Shown one piece after another: positions 1-14,036 of a stretch of 64,000 nt of DNA. The notes under the pieces were generated by a model that was given only the letters and a program-made list of their open reading frames with translations, ran no database searches and was not told where the DNA came from. This DNA is from Eledone cirrhosa (lineage: Eukaryota), in the NCBI GenBank assembly GCA_964016885.1, contig OZ024740.1, positions 324,942,001-325,006,000 of the forward strand, read 5' to 3'. The position numbers and the translations under genes are program-made. Numbering within the stretch: the first letter of the stretch is position 1; the number at the start of each line of letters is the position of its first letter.

Positions 1-507
1 ATTGTGTGGTGGACAAGGTTGAAAGGGTTAAAGACAGACACTTACCTCTTCAGCGAATCCCTAATTAACTTGAAGAGGAAAATCAGGCTGGAGAGTCAAG
101 TGCTGCTTTCTAGAAAGTTTGTTGAAAGGTGGGTGAATGTAGCGAGAATGGTCCGAGTGAACGGGACCGCTCTGAATATACGTCTGTAGTTTGAGAAATG
201 GAAAAATTGAGAGAGGACGCTTGCCCTGGTGGTCAGGGTGGCCGTGGTCTATTGTGTGGTTTTCGCCGAGTAACCCTCGGAAGTTTCCTCCCTATTGGTG
301 AATTTTTCATTGTTTCAATTTTCATTTTTATTGTTTATATATATATATGTTTCTATGTCTTTTTTTTCTTTTCTTATATAAATAATAAAAATATTTACAC
401 GCACAAAACCAACATCGTACCGTCCTGTACTGTCCTGTGCCCTCTGTAATATTTTTTCTTGATGTCAGCCCTTGTGGCCAATAAAGAAATCATTATTATT
501 ATTATTA
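1..507 (+). mobile_element. 3' end of an L1-clade (Tx1-like) LINE: ORF2 C-terminus, 3'UTR, AATAAA and (TTA)n tail
   Basis: Reading VWWTRLKGLK...KRKIRLE...RWVNVARM ends at TAG 187-189; AATAAA at 480-485 is followed directly by a (TTA)n tail. Confidence 0.55.
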
Positions 508-509
508 TA

Positions 510-715
510 AGGGGAGTGGATTGACCGTCTCGGTAGAGGGTCGGACGTCATGCTTTGACGCATAGAGTTACGTCCCTTTCCATTCTGAGTTCAAATACCG
601 CCGAGGTCAACTTTGCCTTTCATCCTTAGGGGTCGATAAAATAAAGTACCAGTAATGTACTAGGTAATTGCTGGCCTTGTGCCAAAAGTAGAAACAATTA
701 TTATTATTATTATTA
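510..715 (+). mobile_element. tRNA-derived SINE, family A
   Basis: Box-B-like GAGTTCAAATACC, body GGTCAACTTTGCCTTTCATCCTT-GGGGTCGATAAAATAAAGTACCAG, end GGCCTTGTGCCAAAAGTAGAAAC, (TTA)n tail; more than 10 related copies in this window. Confidence 0.85.
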
Positions 716-719
716 CTAT

Positions 720-1504
720 TTTTATTTTCTTTCATTATTGTTTCTGAGATATATGTCGAGTGTCTTCCTGACACCTAGGGCAAATAAATTCAAAGTGTGC
801 ATTGGTAAGCCAGTTAATACAGCACATTGATTATAATTTAAAAAGAAAAAAAAGAAAAACTATACATATATACACATGTGCATATGCATATGTAAATACA
901 AGGAGGGATATCAATCTTACAGAGATAGTGCTCTTCTCAATGCATGTGCAGTACCATTCAAAACAATTTTTTGCACCTCGTGCAGAGAGGGTAAACCAGG
1001 AATCATTCGCAAATATCGTTCTGTTCCTTTCTTGATCATTGCCAGACCTCCCACAATCACTGGTATTGTAACGTCCTTGAGGTGCCACATTTTCTCAATT
1101 TCAATAAGCAGATCTTTATAAATTCGTAGCTTTTCAAATTCTTTTACCGCGATATTGTGATCACACGGGATGCTCATATCTAACAATAAACAGACCTTGT
1201 TATGTTGATCTTTTACAATGATGTCAGGTTTATTTGCTTTTATGGTCCTGTCAGTATGTACAGGAAAGACCCAGAGAATTGTTACTTTTTCTCCTTCAGT
1301 TACAGCCTTAGGGTGATGGTTGTACCACTTGTCTTCAGCTTTGATTTTGTAATGCCGACATATTACCCAGTGTAGATATTGGCCAACTCTGTCATGTTTA
1401 TATTTGTATTCTACTGGTGCTAAGACTTTACATCCAGAGACTAAGTGATCCACTGTTTCAACCCCAGGATTGCTGAATCGGCACTTTGGGTTTATTCCGT
1501 TTTT

Positions 1505-1507
<3 letters not shown>
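720..1507 (-). mobile_element. 5'-truncated R4/Dong-clade non-LTR retrotransposon (Zn-knuckle + restriction-like endonuclease, 3'UTR)
   Basis: ORF 917-1507: CRFS..ETVDHLVSGC (CCHC with one C>S), KHD, KPDIIVKD..LLDMSIP, EKLRIY, IPVIVGGL, QKIVLNGTAHALRR; the 3'UTR runs into (TAA)n. Confidence 0.9.
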
Positions 1508-1596
<89 letters not shown>

Positions 1597-1939
1597 GGTT
1601 TGTGCGTGTTCATAATATTGAATTTTCTTTTTAACTGTAATAGCTGTCAGGTCTAGACGTTATTTCCAACATAAGAAAATTCATACGATGTTTTCTTAAA
1701 ATGACTATTAATATCTTAAGACTAGTAAACTGAAGACCCATGTAGACTTGATTGGCTAATTAATTTTGTTAGTTAGCTAGTATGGCCAATTATGCAGGTA
1801 AAATTATTATTTTTCCTTAAATACAATTTTTTGCTTGTTATGTTCTTAATCTTAAAAATAATATTCTGCATAATACGGATTTTAGCCTGTATAAAGCATA
1901 TTTGAGCTAATTCAGGGTATAATATGGTTGAAATAGCGC

Positions 1940-1973
<34 letters not shown>

Positions 1974-2333
1974 GACTGATAAGTTTTTAAAAAACCTGTA
2001 CTCTGCAATAGTTGTGGGATTACTATAGTAGTCAATCTGCTTCGTGCATTTCCAATGTATTATTTATGTGTTTCTTTTTATCTTGTTGATGATAATAGCC
2101 TCTTTGATTCTTAAATTACCCACATTCCTATCTATTTGAAAAGAGAATATCATCCCTGAAATATCATGTTGAAATATATTGGATAACACATATGGTTTTA
2201 TTTGTAATCCTTTACCCTTTATATATTGTTACCGCAATGTACCGAATTTGGGGAACTTATCAGTCAATTTCTGCATATTGTACAATGCTTCGTATTGACT
2301 ATACTTATATATATACATACATACATATACACA

Positions 2334-2407
<74 letters not shown>

Positions 2408-2421
2408 TATATATATATATA

Positions 2422-3000
2422 TGGTGGCTGCCAACTCGTTTTCGAGTGCGGCCACTACTTTATATCCATGTAGGAGAACCCCTACCGATGCGCTGACCAA
2501 GTGTGACTTTTTAGTCCAGCCAGCGACTTGAAAACTCTGGTACAAACACTACACTTGTGACAATTATTGACACATAGTGCTGGGCCCATGGTACCACGTG
2601 ACGACAAGTGCAGAGAGATCTCCAGATATAAAGCAATGCCTGTGCCGTGAAGCTTTTATAGTGAGCAAAGGCACTACTGCACAAAGCCAGTCCCACTCTC
2701 TTAACCAAGATGATATTTAACAAAAAGAAGTACAAGTCAACATCATTGGATACCATCAGGGTTGCAGGTGTTATATCAGAGTTTTCCTTCTCCTAGAATT
2801 CTGCCTTGACAAAGACTAAGGGGTCATCTCTCCCGGTGATTTTGGATGGCCATTGACTCTTAAGAGCTCCTTTGCCCTTTGACAGGTTTTGGTTTTAGTC
2901 CTGCAGGATGTCCAAAGTCACCCTCCTCACCAAGAAACCTTGGTGGGGTTGCCAGTTTAGTCGCCAACGACCCGACCATGGGACAGGTAGTACTGGGATA
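2422..3000 (-). mobile_element. Non-coding ~600-bp interspersed element, probably RTE-LINE derived (copy 1)
   Basis: Near-identical to 59234-59840 and to the partial copy at 53345-53420; minus strand carries CTAGGAGAAGGAAAACTCTGA, a motif typical of RTE 5'UTRs; flanked by (TA)n. Confidence 0.75.
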
Positions 3001-3129
3001 TATAGAAGCTATATATATATATATATTATATATATATATTATATATATATATATGTGTGTGTATGTATATATATATATATACATACATACATACACACAT
3101 ATATATATATAATCTATCTATAGCTTCTA

Positions 3130-3245
3130 TAGTTTTCCCCTACCAAGGTTAGAGTAGAAGGCACTTGTCGCAAGTGCTACGCAGTGGAAGTGAACTCAAA
3201 TCCACGTGATTGTAACGTGAATACCTTAACAACACAGCTATGCCA
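3130..3245 (-). mobile_element. Degenerate tRNA-derived SINE fragment
   Basis: Reverse complement gives a tRNA-like head (GGCATAGCTGTGTTGTTAAGG...GAGTTCACTTCC). Confidence 0.55.
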
Positions 3246-4327
3246 TCACTTATATTCTTTACGTATTTTAATTTGCTTTTTTTTTAGATTACTTCCTATA
3301 AATCAATACCATTGTTTCGATATTGAAATCTATCCGACTTTAGATTAACGGTGATGTTATTTTCTTTGGCAAGATTCTAATCTTAAAATTAACTTATAAA
3401 TAATAGTTACCAGAGCGTAAACACATATAATATATTCTAGTGGCAACGTTTAGAATTAAATAATGAAAAGTCTGGTAAACACGTAGAGAAATGGCGACCA
3501 TTTCTATTAAGAAGCGATTTACAGTGCAAAGAATGTAATTCAGAGATTCAATTCTTCTTGAAAATAATTTTAATTTCCTCAGCATGAAAGTTAGACAAAA
3601 CGTCAGAGTAAATATAGCAGTGTTCTCATTTACTCAAATCAATCAATTTTATTGTAATGTTTCGATGTATCAGCGAGTAGAATGTTTTTTTGTTTTTATA
3701 TTTCTATCTCGTGAATTGAATTCGTAAACAAACTTGATGAGGAGAACACCCATCTTTACATATTTTGATAATCTAATCAATGTTCGTATTTATAATCGAT
3801 GCAGTTAATTCATAATGAAAGGAATAGAAAATGTATTTCTGTGTACATCTTCGTATGAAATTATTATCTTTTGCCGTCCTTCCATTACGAACAAAACAGA
3901 TTTTAGATGCGACATATTCAAAAAGCCGAATGACTAATACTTAATATGGTGAGGGCTGACTTTCTTAACATAATTTTATTGCAATTGTGTGTGTTTGTAT
4001 CTGTGTATGTGTGTGAGTGTGTGTGTGTGAGTGTGTGTGTGCGCGCGTGTGTGTGTGTGTTTGTATCTGTGTGTATTTGTAAATGTGTTATGTGTGTGTG
4101 TGCGTATTCATAGGATTGTGTGTGAATGTAAGGCCCGGTGTGTGGGAGTTAACGGGATTGTGTCTGTGTGTATGTGTATTTAGGTGTGTGTGTATGTGGG
4201 CGTGTGTCTGAGTTTAAATGTGTTTGTGTATGTATATCTCTGTGTGTATGTGTACGTTTTGTGTGTATATTTGTGTGTATGTGTATACAGTGTTTGTATG
4301 TCAATATTTGTGTGTTATGTACGTGTG

Positions 4328-5365
4328 AATGTAAGTGTGCGTACGTACATATGTGTGTCTATGCGTGTGTTGGTGTGTGTGTATGTAAGTGTGCGTACAC
4401 ACATATGTGTGTCTATGCGTGTGTGTAGTGGTGTATGTGTGTAAGTGTGCGTACGTACATATGTGTGTCTATGCGTGTGTGGTCTGTGTGTGTGTGTAAG
4501 TGTGCGTACGTACATATGTGTATTTATGCGTATGTGTGTCGGTGTGTGTATGTAAGTGTGCGTACACACATATGTGTGTCTATGCGTGTGTGGTAGTGGT
4601 GTGTGTAAGTGTGCGTACACACATATGTGTGTCTATGCGTGTGTGTGGTGGTGTGTGTGTCTAAGTGTGCGTACGTACATATGTGTGTCTATGCGTATGT
4701 GTGGTGGTGTGTGTGTGTGTGTAAGTGTGCGTACGTACATATGTGTGTCTATGCGTGTGTGTGGTGGTGTGTGTGTGTGTGTAAGTGTGCGTACGTACAT
4801 ATGTGTGTCTATGCGTGTGTGTGGTGGTGTGTGTGTAAGTGTGCGTGCGTACATATGTGTGTCTATGCGTGTGTGTGGTTGTGTGTGTGTGTGTGTAAGT
4901 GTGCGTACGTACATATGTGTGTCTATGCGTGTGTGTGGTGGTGTGTGTGTAAGTGTGCGTACGTTCATATGTGTGTTCATGCGTGTGTGTATGTAGGTGT
5001 GCGTACACACATATGTGTGTCTATGCGTGTGTGTGGTGGTGTGTAAATGTGCGTACGTACATATGTGTGTCTATGCGTATATGTGTTGGTGTGTGAATGT
5101 AATGTGCGTACGTACATATGTGTGTCTATGCGTGTGTTGGTGTGTGTGTGTGTTAGTGTTCGTACGTACATATGTGTGTCTAGGCGTGTGTGGTAGTGGT
5201 GTGTGTTTGTAAGTGTGCGTACGTACATATGTGTGTCTATGCGTGTGTGTAAGTGTGCGTACGTACATATGTGTGTCTTTGCGTGTGTGTGGTGGTGTGT
5301 GTGTGTAAGTGTGCGTACGTACATATGTGTGTCTATGCGTGTGTGTGGTGGTGTGTGTGTGTATG
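4328..5365. repeat. Minisatellite, ~50-60 bp unit GTAAGTGTGCGTACGTACATATGTGTGTCTATGCGTGTGTG(TGG)n, roughly 18-19 copies
   Basis: Unit is directly visible in tandem; length varies through the (GT)n part. Confidence 0.95.
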
Positions 5366-5873
5366 CGCGCGCCTTACAATTATTTACCCGATGCGTCATC
5401 CTCAGCGGTAATAGACAGATACACATTGAGTAGAAAGAGAACGACAGATATATAGTCAGTTGAAGGCAGTTCTTCAGGCACTGTCATGGGCGTTCTATAT
5501 AATTTCAAATGGTTCATGCTTTATATCTGGACAGCATTGGTTGCACAGCAAAATGAAAACAATTACTTGATTACGCATGCGCCCAAGTCAACCATGTATT
5601 ATTTTATTAGAGGACAGAAATACTGAGAGACGGACAGACAAGCAGAGAGAGAGAGAGAGAGAGAGCGTCACTGAGAGGGACAAGCATTTAAGGAAAATGA
5701 GACAGGGACAGAGAAAAATAAAAAAACAGGCAGAAAAACAGAACGACAATGGCGAAACAAAGAAAGTGTTTGAGAGTGGGAGAGAGAGACAGAGGTAGAG
5801 AAAGAGAGAGATACTAAGACAGAAAAAGACAAAGATGACGGGAGATAGATAGATAGATAGATAGAGCACGCGC

Positions 5874-5943
<70 letters not shown>

Positions 5944-6458
5944 AAAATCCTCGTTGTAATTAATTGATGGGACGTCGAGTGGAAAGTTAGAGTTATCTGC
6001 AAGAGAAAGAGCAGCGAACCACAGAGACGAGCAGAAAACCGTCATGGTTGACTGCAAACGAATCTGACGGAATAAGTGTTCCAAGAGAGAGAGGGGGGCG
6101 GGGATAAAATAGAGAAAGAGAGAAAGATGAATAGATTGAGAAAAAGAGGCTCGCTGTGCCATTTGTGAAGGGTTGTCACCCAACTGATAAGCTCATTTCT
6201 CGCTAGAGAGCTTTTATGAATAAACAGTTTGTTTCTCGTAAGCGAAAAGAGGACCTCTTCTGCATACGTATTTAGTTACCATTCTTCTATTTCAATCGGC
6301 CAAAATGACATTCTGTTGCATAGCATTCTGAATTACATCTGATTTTTGGAGGCAGGATGGGTTTGGGGGTGCAATTACATTCATTCATAAAATTATTATT
6401 ACTATCATTATTATATTTATCAGTGTTGTTGTTGTTGTTTTTGTTGTTGTTGTTATTG

Positions 6459-6505
<47 letters not shown>

Positions 6506-6534
6506 ACTACTTTGATCTATCATTCGTATTATTA

Positions 6535-6755
6535 TTGGGCGGTTGGCTGGATCATTAGAGCATCAGATGAAGTGTGTTATGGTATTACTTTGAGCTTCTT
6601 ACGTTCTGAGTTCGAATCCCGCCGAGGTTAGTTTTGCCTTTCATCCTTACGGGGTCAATAGAATAAAATAACAGTCGCGCACTGGGGTCGATATAGTCGA
6701 CTTTCCCCTACTCCCAAAATTGTTGGCCTTGTGCCTAAAGTAGAAACCATTATTA
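6535..6755 (+). mobile_element. tRNA-derived SINE, family A
   Basis: GAGTTCGAATCCCGCCGAGG..GCCTTTCATCCTTACGGGGTC..GGCCTTGTGCCTAAAGTAGAAAC + (TTA)n. Confidence 0.85.
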
Positions 6756-7039
6756 TTATTGTCATTACTGTTGCTTGGCGTGAGGGGGCGTGCTTACAAG
6801 CCGCTTCTAATGTTTTGAATCTACAACCCTCTTCGGGGTCTCCTAGACTGCTTAGCGAAGAATGGGAGTATCTTTAAATCGAAGATTTAGTCCGAATTCT
6901 TGAAACAAAGTAGACTCTGTCACAGACATGTAAAGTCCAGATGATGGTAATACGCCAGCCAAGCGATGGATTAAGTCTAACACCTAAATAAACCACAACA
7001 AGCTTTGATCTCAGAGCACAAAGAGTCGAAACAAATACC

Positions 7040-7950
7040 ACAAAGTATTTCGACCTAGGCTCTATCAATTTCGTTCTTCTACCGCGTTAAGACTGCTGCT
7101 TTATTTGATGAAAACTTCAATTGACCCAAGTGGTATTTCAACTCGCAGCGATGTGAGCCGAAACGTGTACAAAAGATCTCATACAGCGTTTTAATAATAT
7201 TGCTAATCCACCGCCACTTGGATGGTACTTTATTCTATCGACCCCGAAAAGATGAGCAAAGATAAAGTTTATATCTACGGGATTTAATTTCAGGGTGCAG
7301 GGATCCAGAACAATGGTATTTTTATGCTTTTGTTCATGCTCTTTTAATAACCAGTTTTCTAATTGTAGACACAATATGACCGAATAGATAAGGACTCCTC
7401 TTCGCAATCTTAAGTCCCGGTTTTGGTCCCAGTATAATTTTAGGTTACCCTATGTTTTGTGAATGAAAGTGGATAGACGGAAACTATACACATTGCCTAC
7501 AATTTAAACTACCAACCTTGTCACACATTGTGTCCTGCTGAATCCTCACGGCTCTCCCGTTGATCGAACAACTAGGGAAATCATCGTTGAAATTGAACAA
7601 AGATGGGACCTACTCGTAACATTATTGAGATGGGCATCCCGTAGATCCGTTCACCCTTAACGTAGTTCTCAAGGAGATTCAGCGTGACACAGTATGTGAG
7701 AAAGTTTAATAACAGGTACAGCTCATTTTTGCCATCTGAATCGACTGGAGCAACGTGATATTAAAGTATGTTGTGGCACAACACACCGCCTGGAATCGAA
7801 TTCACGACTTTATGATTATGAGCCGAACACCCTCATCCCTAAGTCATGCACCTTCACTTACCTCTAGGATTGATACATTATTTTATCGACACTAAAAATG
7901 ATGAAAAGCAAATTAGGCCTTCGCAATATTTGAACTCAAAGCGCAGAAAG
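7040..7950. mobile_element. Cluster of degenerate SINE fragments (family A and family B)
   Basis: GGTACTTTATTCTATCGACCCC (family A, minus); CAACCTTGTCACACA..GTTCTCAAGGAGATTCAGCGTGACACAG..GACTGGAGCAACGTGA (family B, minus). Confidence 0.6.
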
Positions 7951-8544
7951 CCAGAACTATTGTATTTTTATGTTTCCGTTCATGTTCCTGTTTTAATAAC
8001 TAGTTGTCTAATTATCAATGTTATGGCCACTGTTTATATACCACAGCGCCACATTACTGCTTAGTTCTCTTCTAAGATTTGCAACATTGCTTTTTTAGTT
8101 GAATTTTCATCACATCGAGAATCTACTGAAGCTAATGACAGGACAATTAAAGCTGTCATATCAATTGACCGGAAGTGACAACTATTCTCACAATCTTTAA
8201 TATCCAATACGGTTGGTTGACAGTATTATTCAATCTTTATTTCATCTCATCCAGGATTCAACATCATTTGTTTTATTTTTTGCGTGAGTCTTTTATTTCC
8301 TATTTTTTTTTTTAAATTCATTTCTAAATTTGGTTTACACCGAAAGTAATGTTCATTAATTTGTGAAAAAGTGTTCCTGTTTTTTGTTATACTTTTACGG
8401 GCAAAAAAAATAAAAAAAGAGATCAATGCTGATGTTTTGAAAAAAAATTATTTTTCAGTTGCCTTATGTTTATTGGTTGCTGTCACTGTATTTGATATGT
8501 GTAGTGATATGTTTTTGGTGTTGTTGTTTCTATTGTATTGCAGG

Positions 8545-9845
<1,301 letters not shown>

Positions 9846-9942
9846 TACTGATTAAATATATCTCAAGAGACACAACCCCAAATACCTCACTGTCATGGGA
9901 AAAGTTCACACGTTACATAAAACAGTGTTATCACCATATACC

Positions 9943-10012
<70 letters not shown>

Positions 10013-10307
10013 AAATATCCACGGTAAGTTGTGGGGTCTAGTCTGCATGAAGAACTCAATGTAATCCATATATTGAAAATGTTGTAGGTTAAAATAAATC
10101 CCGGAAAACAATAAAACATTAAAAGGAAAACAGAGTCACGATATAAGTTAAAACAATGAAATAAAAAATCAAGTCATTAGAAATATACTTTACTGCTTTA
10201 CGATCATTTCTAGGTGATGATAATACATCGTAACTATACTTCGATATCGATCTATGTAAGTATGTATGTATACGTACATACATATATGTATACAGACGTA
10301 CAGTACC

Positions 10308-10384
<77 letters not shown>

Positions 10385-10539
10385 CATGCAGGCACACATA
10401 TATATATATGCACGTATCAGTTTACCGAACATTTATTATAATGTTCGCTTTGTTCGTTTGTAAACAAACGAACAGCCTTATTTACGCCGTACAGTGTTTA
10501 GGCAACCACGTCACCTTTTTGTTCAACACTGACACAGGA

Positions 10540-10582
10540 ACGATGAACTAGTTTCAAGCTTGTTAGCTATCGTCAACACCGT
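10540..10582 (-). ncRNA. Minimal type-I hammerhead motif
   Basis: ACGGTG-TTGACGA-tAGCT/AGCTt-GAAA-CTAG-TT-CATCGT: 6-bp stem I, palindromic stem III. Confidence 0.7.
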
Positions 10583-10845
10583 ATACCTTTCTGCCAGATG
10601 GTTGAACGTCCGAAAGTATATACTTTCCTTATGAAAATTAACGGCTGAGCAGCCTAATTTGCATATCGAGTGAGTTCAGTCGGCCAGGCGCACCGAAAAC
10701 GATAAATGGAATAGAATGAAACGAAATTTCATTTCTCACTCTTAGTACGGCACTTACTTAAATGTAAGTATGTATGTATACGTACATATATGTATACAGA
10801 CGTACAGTAGCATGTATATATATATATTATGTATATATTTTATTT

Positions 10846-10938
10846 TGTTTTAATTTTGTTTTAATTTTAATTTTAATTTTAATTTTAATTTTAATTTTAA
10901 TTTTAATTTTAATTTTGATTTTGATTTTGAATTTGAAT
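10846..10938. repeat. (TTTTAA)n simple repeat
   Basis: Direct observation. Confidence 0.9.
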
Positions 10939-11063
10939 TGCTATACAGAAATAATATAGTATAATATGTGTCACTCCACTGTACATCAATATATATATAT
11001 ATGTATCTGTATGTCTCTTGCGTTGGAAAGGAGGTCAATTATGTGTACAAACATTGAAAAATG

Positions 11064-11108
11064 GCTCCGAAGACACCAAGCCTAGGTTTGGATGAAACAA
11101 TTGTAAGT
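11064..11108 (+). ncRNA. Degenerate hammerhead motif
   Basis: GCT-CCGAAGA-..CCAAGC/GTTTGG..-GAAA-CAATTG-TA-AGT (U4>C). Confidence 0.45.
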
Positions 11109-11354
11109 GAATAAATGCTTTGAACATAGCTTTGATTCTTGTGAATTCTATATACACATATATGTACACATATATAAATATATATACACATATATATAAG
11201 GGGGACGCGTGTGCATGTGTATGTATATATATATATATATATACATACACACACATATATATATATATAGTAATAATAATAAATGCGAAGACTAAATTCC
11301 AAAGAGGACTCGATAAGCAGCGATTCTTTGCTTAAACTTTAATCTATTATTTTA

Positions 11355-11518
11355 ATAATAGACAGAAATAGCCGTTTAATAATGGACAGAAATAGCCATC
11401 GAAACGGCTTGAGCTCTGCCATTGGGGTCTTGAACATTTTCCTATTACTCACTCTACCAAACTAAGTACTGAGTATGTTATGGTCCACCTGGTTCCTTAC
11501 CACACTGTCTTCGTTATA
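11355..11518 (+). mobile_element. Truncated pLTR, family P (AATAGCCGTCGAAACGGC family)
   Basis: Matches 36600-36748, 45795-45932 and 38575-38632. Confidence 0.75.
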
Positions 11519-12073
11519 TGTATAGATAGATAGATAGATAGATAGATAGAATGATAGATAGATAGATAGATACAGAGAGAGATATGTATATATCTATATA
11601 TATTAGGGTCACCGTTATTTTTCAACTTTCCGAAATGTTAGCTTTCACCCCCCCCCCCACCCCCCCCCCCACCCCCCACCCCCCACCACCACCACGCCCA
11701 CACCCCCACACCCCCTATTTTATTCCACTTAACAAAAAAAAAAACAATCTATGCAAAACTTTAGCTCAAGCAAACAACTGCGAGGTGACCCTCATTATTT
11801 ATCTCTTATATAATTTTCTCTTAAATTAAAAACTTGTTCAGACTTATTCTTGGTATTAGAAGGATAAGTGACATGACAATAAATATAATGGGGAAGTCAA
11901 CTTGCAAAGCTTGGAACAGAGCGCAGGTATAGGGCAAACACTTATTTTTCACTGTGTGAGCAGCAACATTTTAACTTTCCTAAAATTACCTATTTTGCTA
12001 AGCGCCACCCAAATATATGTACATATATCCGTATGTCATTGACAGGTGAGAGAAATGAGTACATGGTATTGAG

Positions 12074-12138
<65 letters not shown>

Positions 12139-12283
12139 GGAGGTGAGTTTTATTGTAGCACAATAAAGCAACGCAATATATATACATATATATATATAGA
12201 TATAAAGGAGAAATATGAAAGCAAGGATAGTAAGGAGAGTATATATATATATATATATACATATCATATATACTTCTACATAT

Positions 12284-12345
<62 letters not shown>

Positions 12346-12439
12346 ATATATATATACTCTCCTTACTATCCTTGCTTTCATATTTCTCCTTGTTCCCATG
12401 TTGTCATTGTATTTGTATAAAAACACGCACATAGATACA

Positions 12440-12810
12440 AGGATAAAGGGAGAGCAAAGGAAAAAGGAGAGTAAGGAGAAAATGAGAGCAATGAGAAAAG
12501 GAGAGTAAGGAGCACGGGGGACAAGGCGAGCAATAAGAAAAGGAGAGTAAGGAGAGTAATGAGAAAAGGAGAGCAAGGAGTTGAAGGAGAAAGGGAGAGT
12601 AAGGAAAGCAAGGAAAGCAATGATAGCAAGGAGAGCAATGACAAAAGGAGAGCAAGGAGATGAAGGAGAAAAGGAGAGCAAGGAGAGCAAGGAGAAAAGG
12701 GGAGCAAGGAGAGAAAGGAGAATAGGAGAGCAATGAGAAAAGGAGAGCAAGGAGAAGAAGGAGAGCAAGGAGAAATGAGAGAAAGGATAAAAGGAGAGAA
12801 AAGAGAGCAG
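12440..12810. repeat. Purine-rich 8-9 bp minisatellite (GGAGAGCAA)n
   Basis: Direct observation. Confidence 0.85.
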
Positions 12811-12811
12811 G

Positions 12812-13213
12812 GACAGATTCCGGCAAATATTGCTGGAACTAGACAAAGGTAACAAAATCAACTTGAAGAGGAACATTCTGCACCAAAATGACTTTTCTTC
12901 CTTTACAAACATCGAGTTCTCGTCTTTTGTAACTCCTGGTATAAAAACTTTCTTCAGGAGATTTTCTATCAGCACCGACTTCCTCGACAAAGACCTTTCA
13001 ACATGGTAGGATGATCTTGGTTACAAAAGTGGACTCGAAAAACTTGAGAAGACAGTTGTGAATGATGTTGCAGAAAGAGGTGTCAAACTCATTCAGGATT
13101 ACAAAAACATTCTCACACAAGATGAAATTGAGAAACAATTTGTTTTACAGATCGTTATCAAAAACCGTAAAACATACCCAACTGCCACTAAATCCTCTCT
13201 TATGCAAACATAA
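12812..13213 (+). pseudogene. hATm transposase C-terminal remnant (not in ORF track)
   Basis: Single frame ...[27 protein letters not shown]...VVNDVAERGVKLIQDY..LTQDEIEKQFVLQIVIKNRKTYP..KSSLMQT*; in-frame TAG at 13007-13009. Confidence 0.85.
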
Positions 13214-13325
13214 TTGTTTCTACTTTGGACACAAGGCCAGCAATTACCCAGTGCATTACTGGTACTTTATTTTATCGACCCCGTAAGGACAAAGTTAACC
13301 TCGGCGGGATTTGAACTCAGAATTT
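13214..13325 (-). mobile_element. Family A SINE nested in the hATm element
   Basis: TTTCTACTTTGGACACAAGGCCAGC..GGTACTTTATTTTATCGACCCC..GGATTTGAACTCAG. Confidence 0.85.
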
Positions 13326-13635
13326 GCAAAAATAATGTTCAATATTCAGTGTTTAGTGTTCACATTATGTTTTTGATTCTATAGAAATTATTGTCGTAAA
13401 TAAAAATGAGTCTCTCTTATAGAAGTTGTGTGTTTTATTAACAAAACCTAATATTTCTTAAGTTTTTCATGTTATTTCAGGAGATTTTCAAATTAACTAT
13501 TGGTAAATTGGATTCACAACATTTTTAAAGATTTGCTGGGGTTGCCTGGATGTGTCCACATAAATTTCTCTAAGAAGAAAAAAGAAATTGGTGAAGAGTA
13601 TACCGCTTTTGAACAGAATTAATCCACCCTAATAT

Positions 13636-13666
<31 letters not shown>

Positions 13667-13984
13667 TAATTTCTTCTCTCTATCTCTCTCGGAATATTTT
13701 TTCTCTCTCTCTTTCTCCAGTGTCATTTAAATAAACGGTTGTTTTTCAATTATTTACATATTCATTTGCATATTCACACTTAAGTTTGAATAATCCCTAA
13801 TATATTTCCACTATCCAGTGAACTTCCAACCGATAAGGTAGGATTTTCATGGGTATGTCTCTATTTCTAAAACAAACTTTGTATTTTATATGATGAAAGC
13901 GTACCAATGTTGTCTTGGTACCCTTGAAATATATATAATAAAATAAATATGGTTTTATAAATATAGTTTCCATTTATTTAATAT

Positions 13985-14036
<52 letters not shown>

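Larger units (their letters stand above)
11603..13632 (+). mobile_element. Internally deleted hATm-type DNA transposon
   Basis: Termini TTAGGGTC.../...CACCCTAA enclose a transposase C-terminal remnant; interior filled with microsatellites and a SINE. Confidence 0.7.

Noticed and set aside
510-600. tRNA genes
   Set aside because: Box A/B motifs belong to SINE heads; no complete cloverleaf seen
4328-5365. CRISPR-like regular repeat
   Set aside because: The intervening parts are variable (GT)n, not unique spacers; no cas genes; eukaryotic context
11998-12990. 330-aa hydrophobic ORF, or collagen-like GEQGEK on the opposite strand
   Set aside because: Antisense of a transposase remnant plus minisatellite; the G-X-Y reading is broken by stops and 8-bp units
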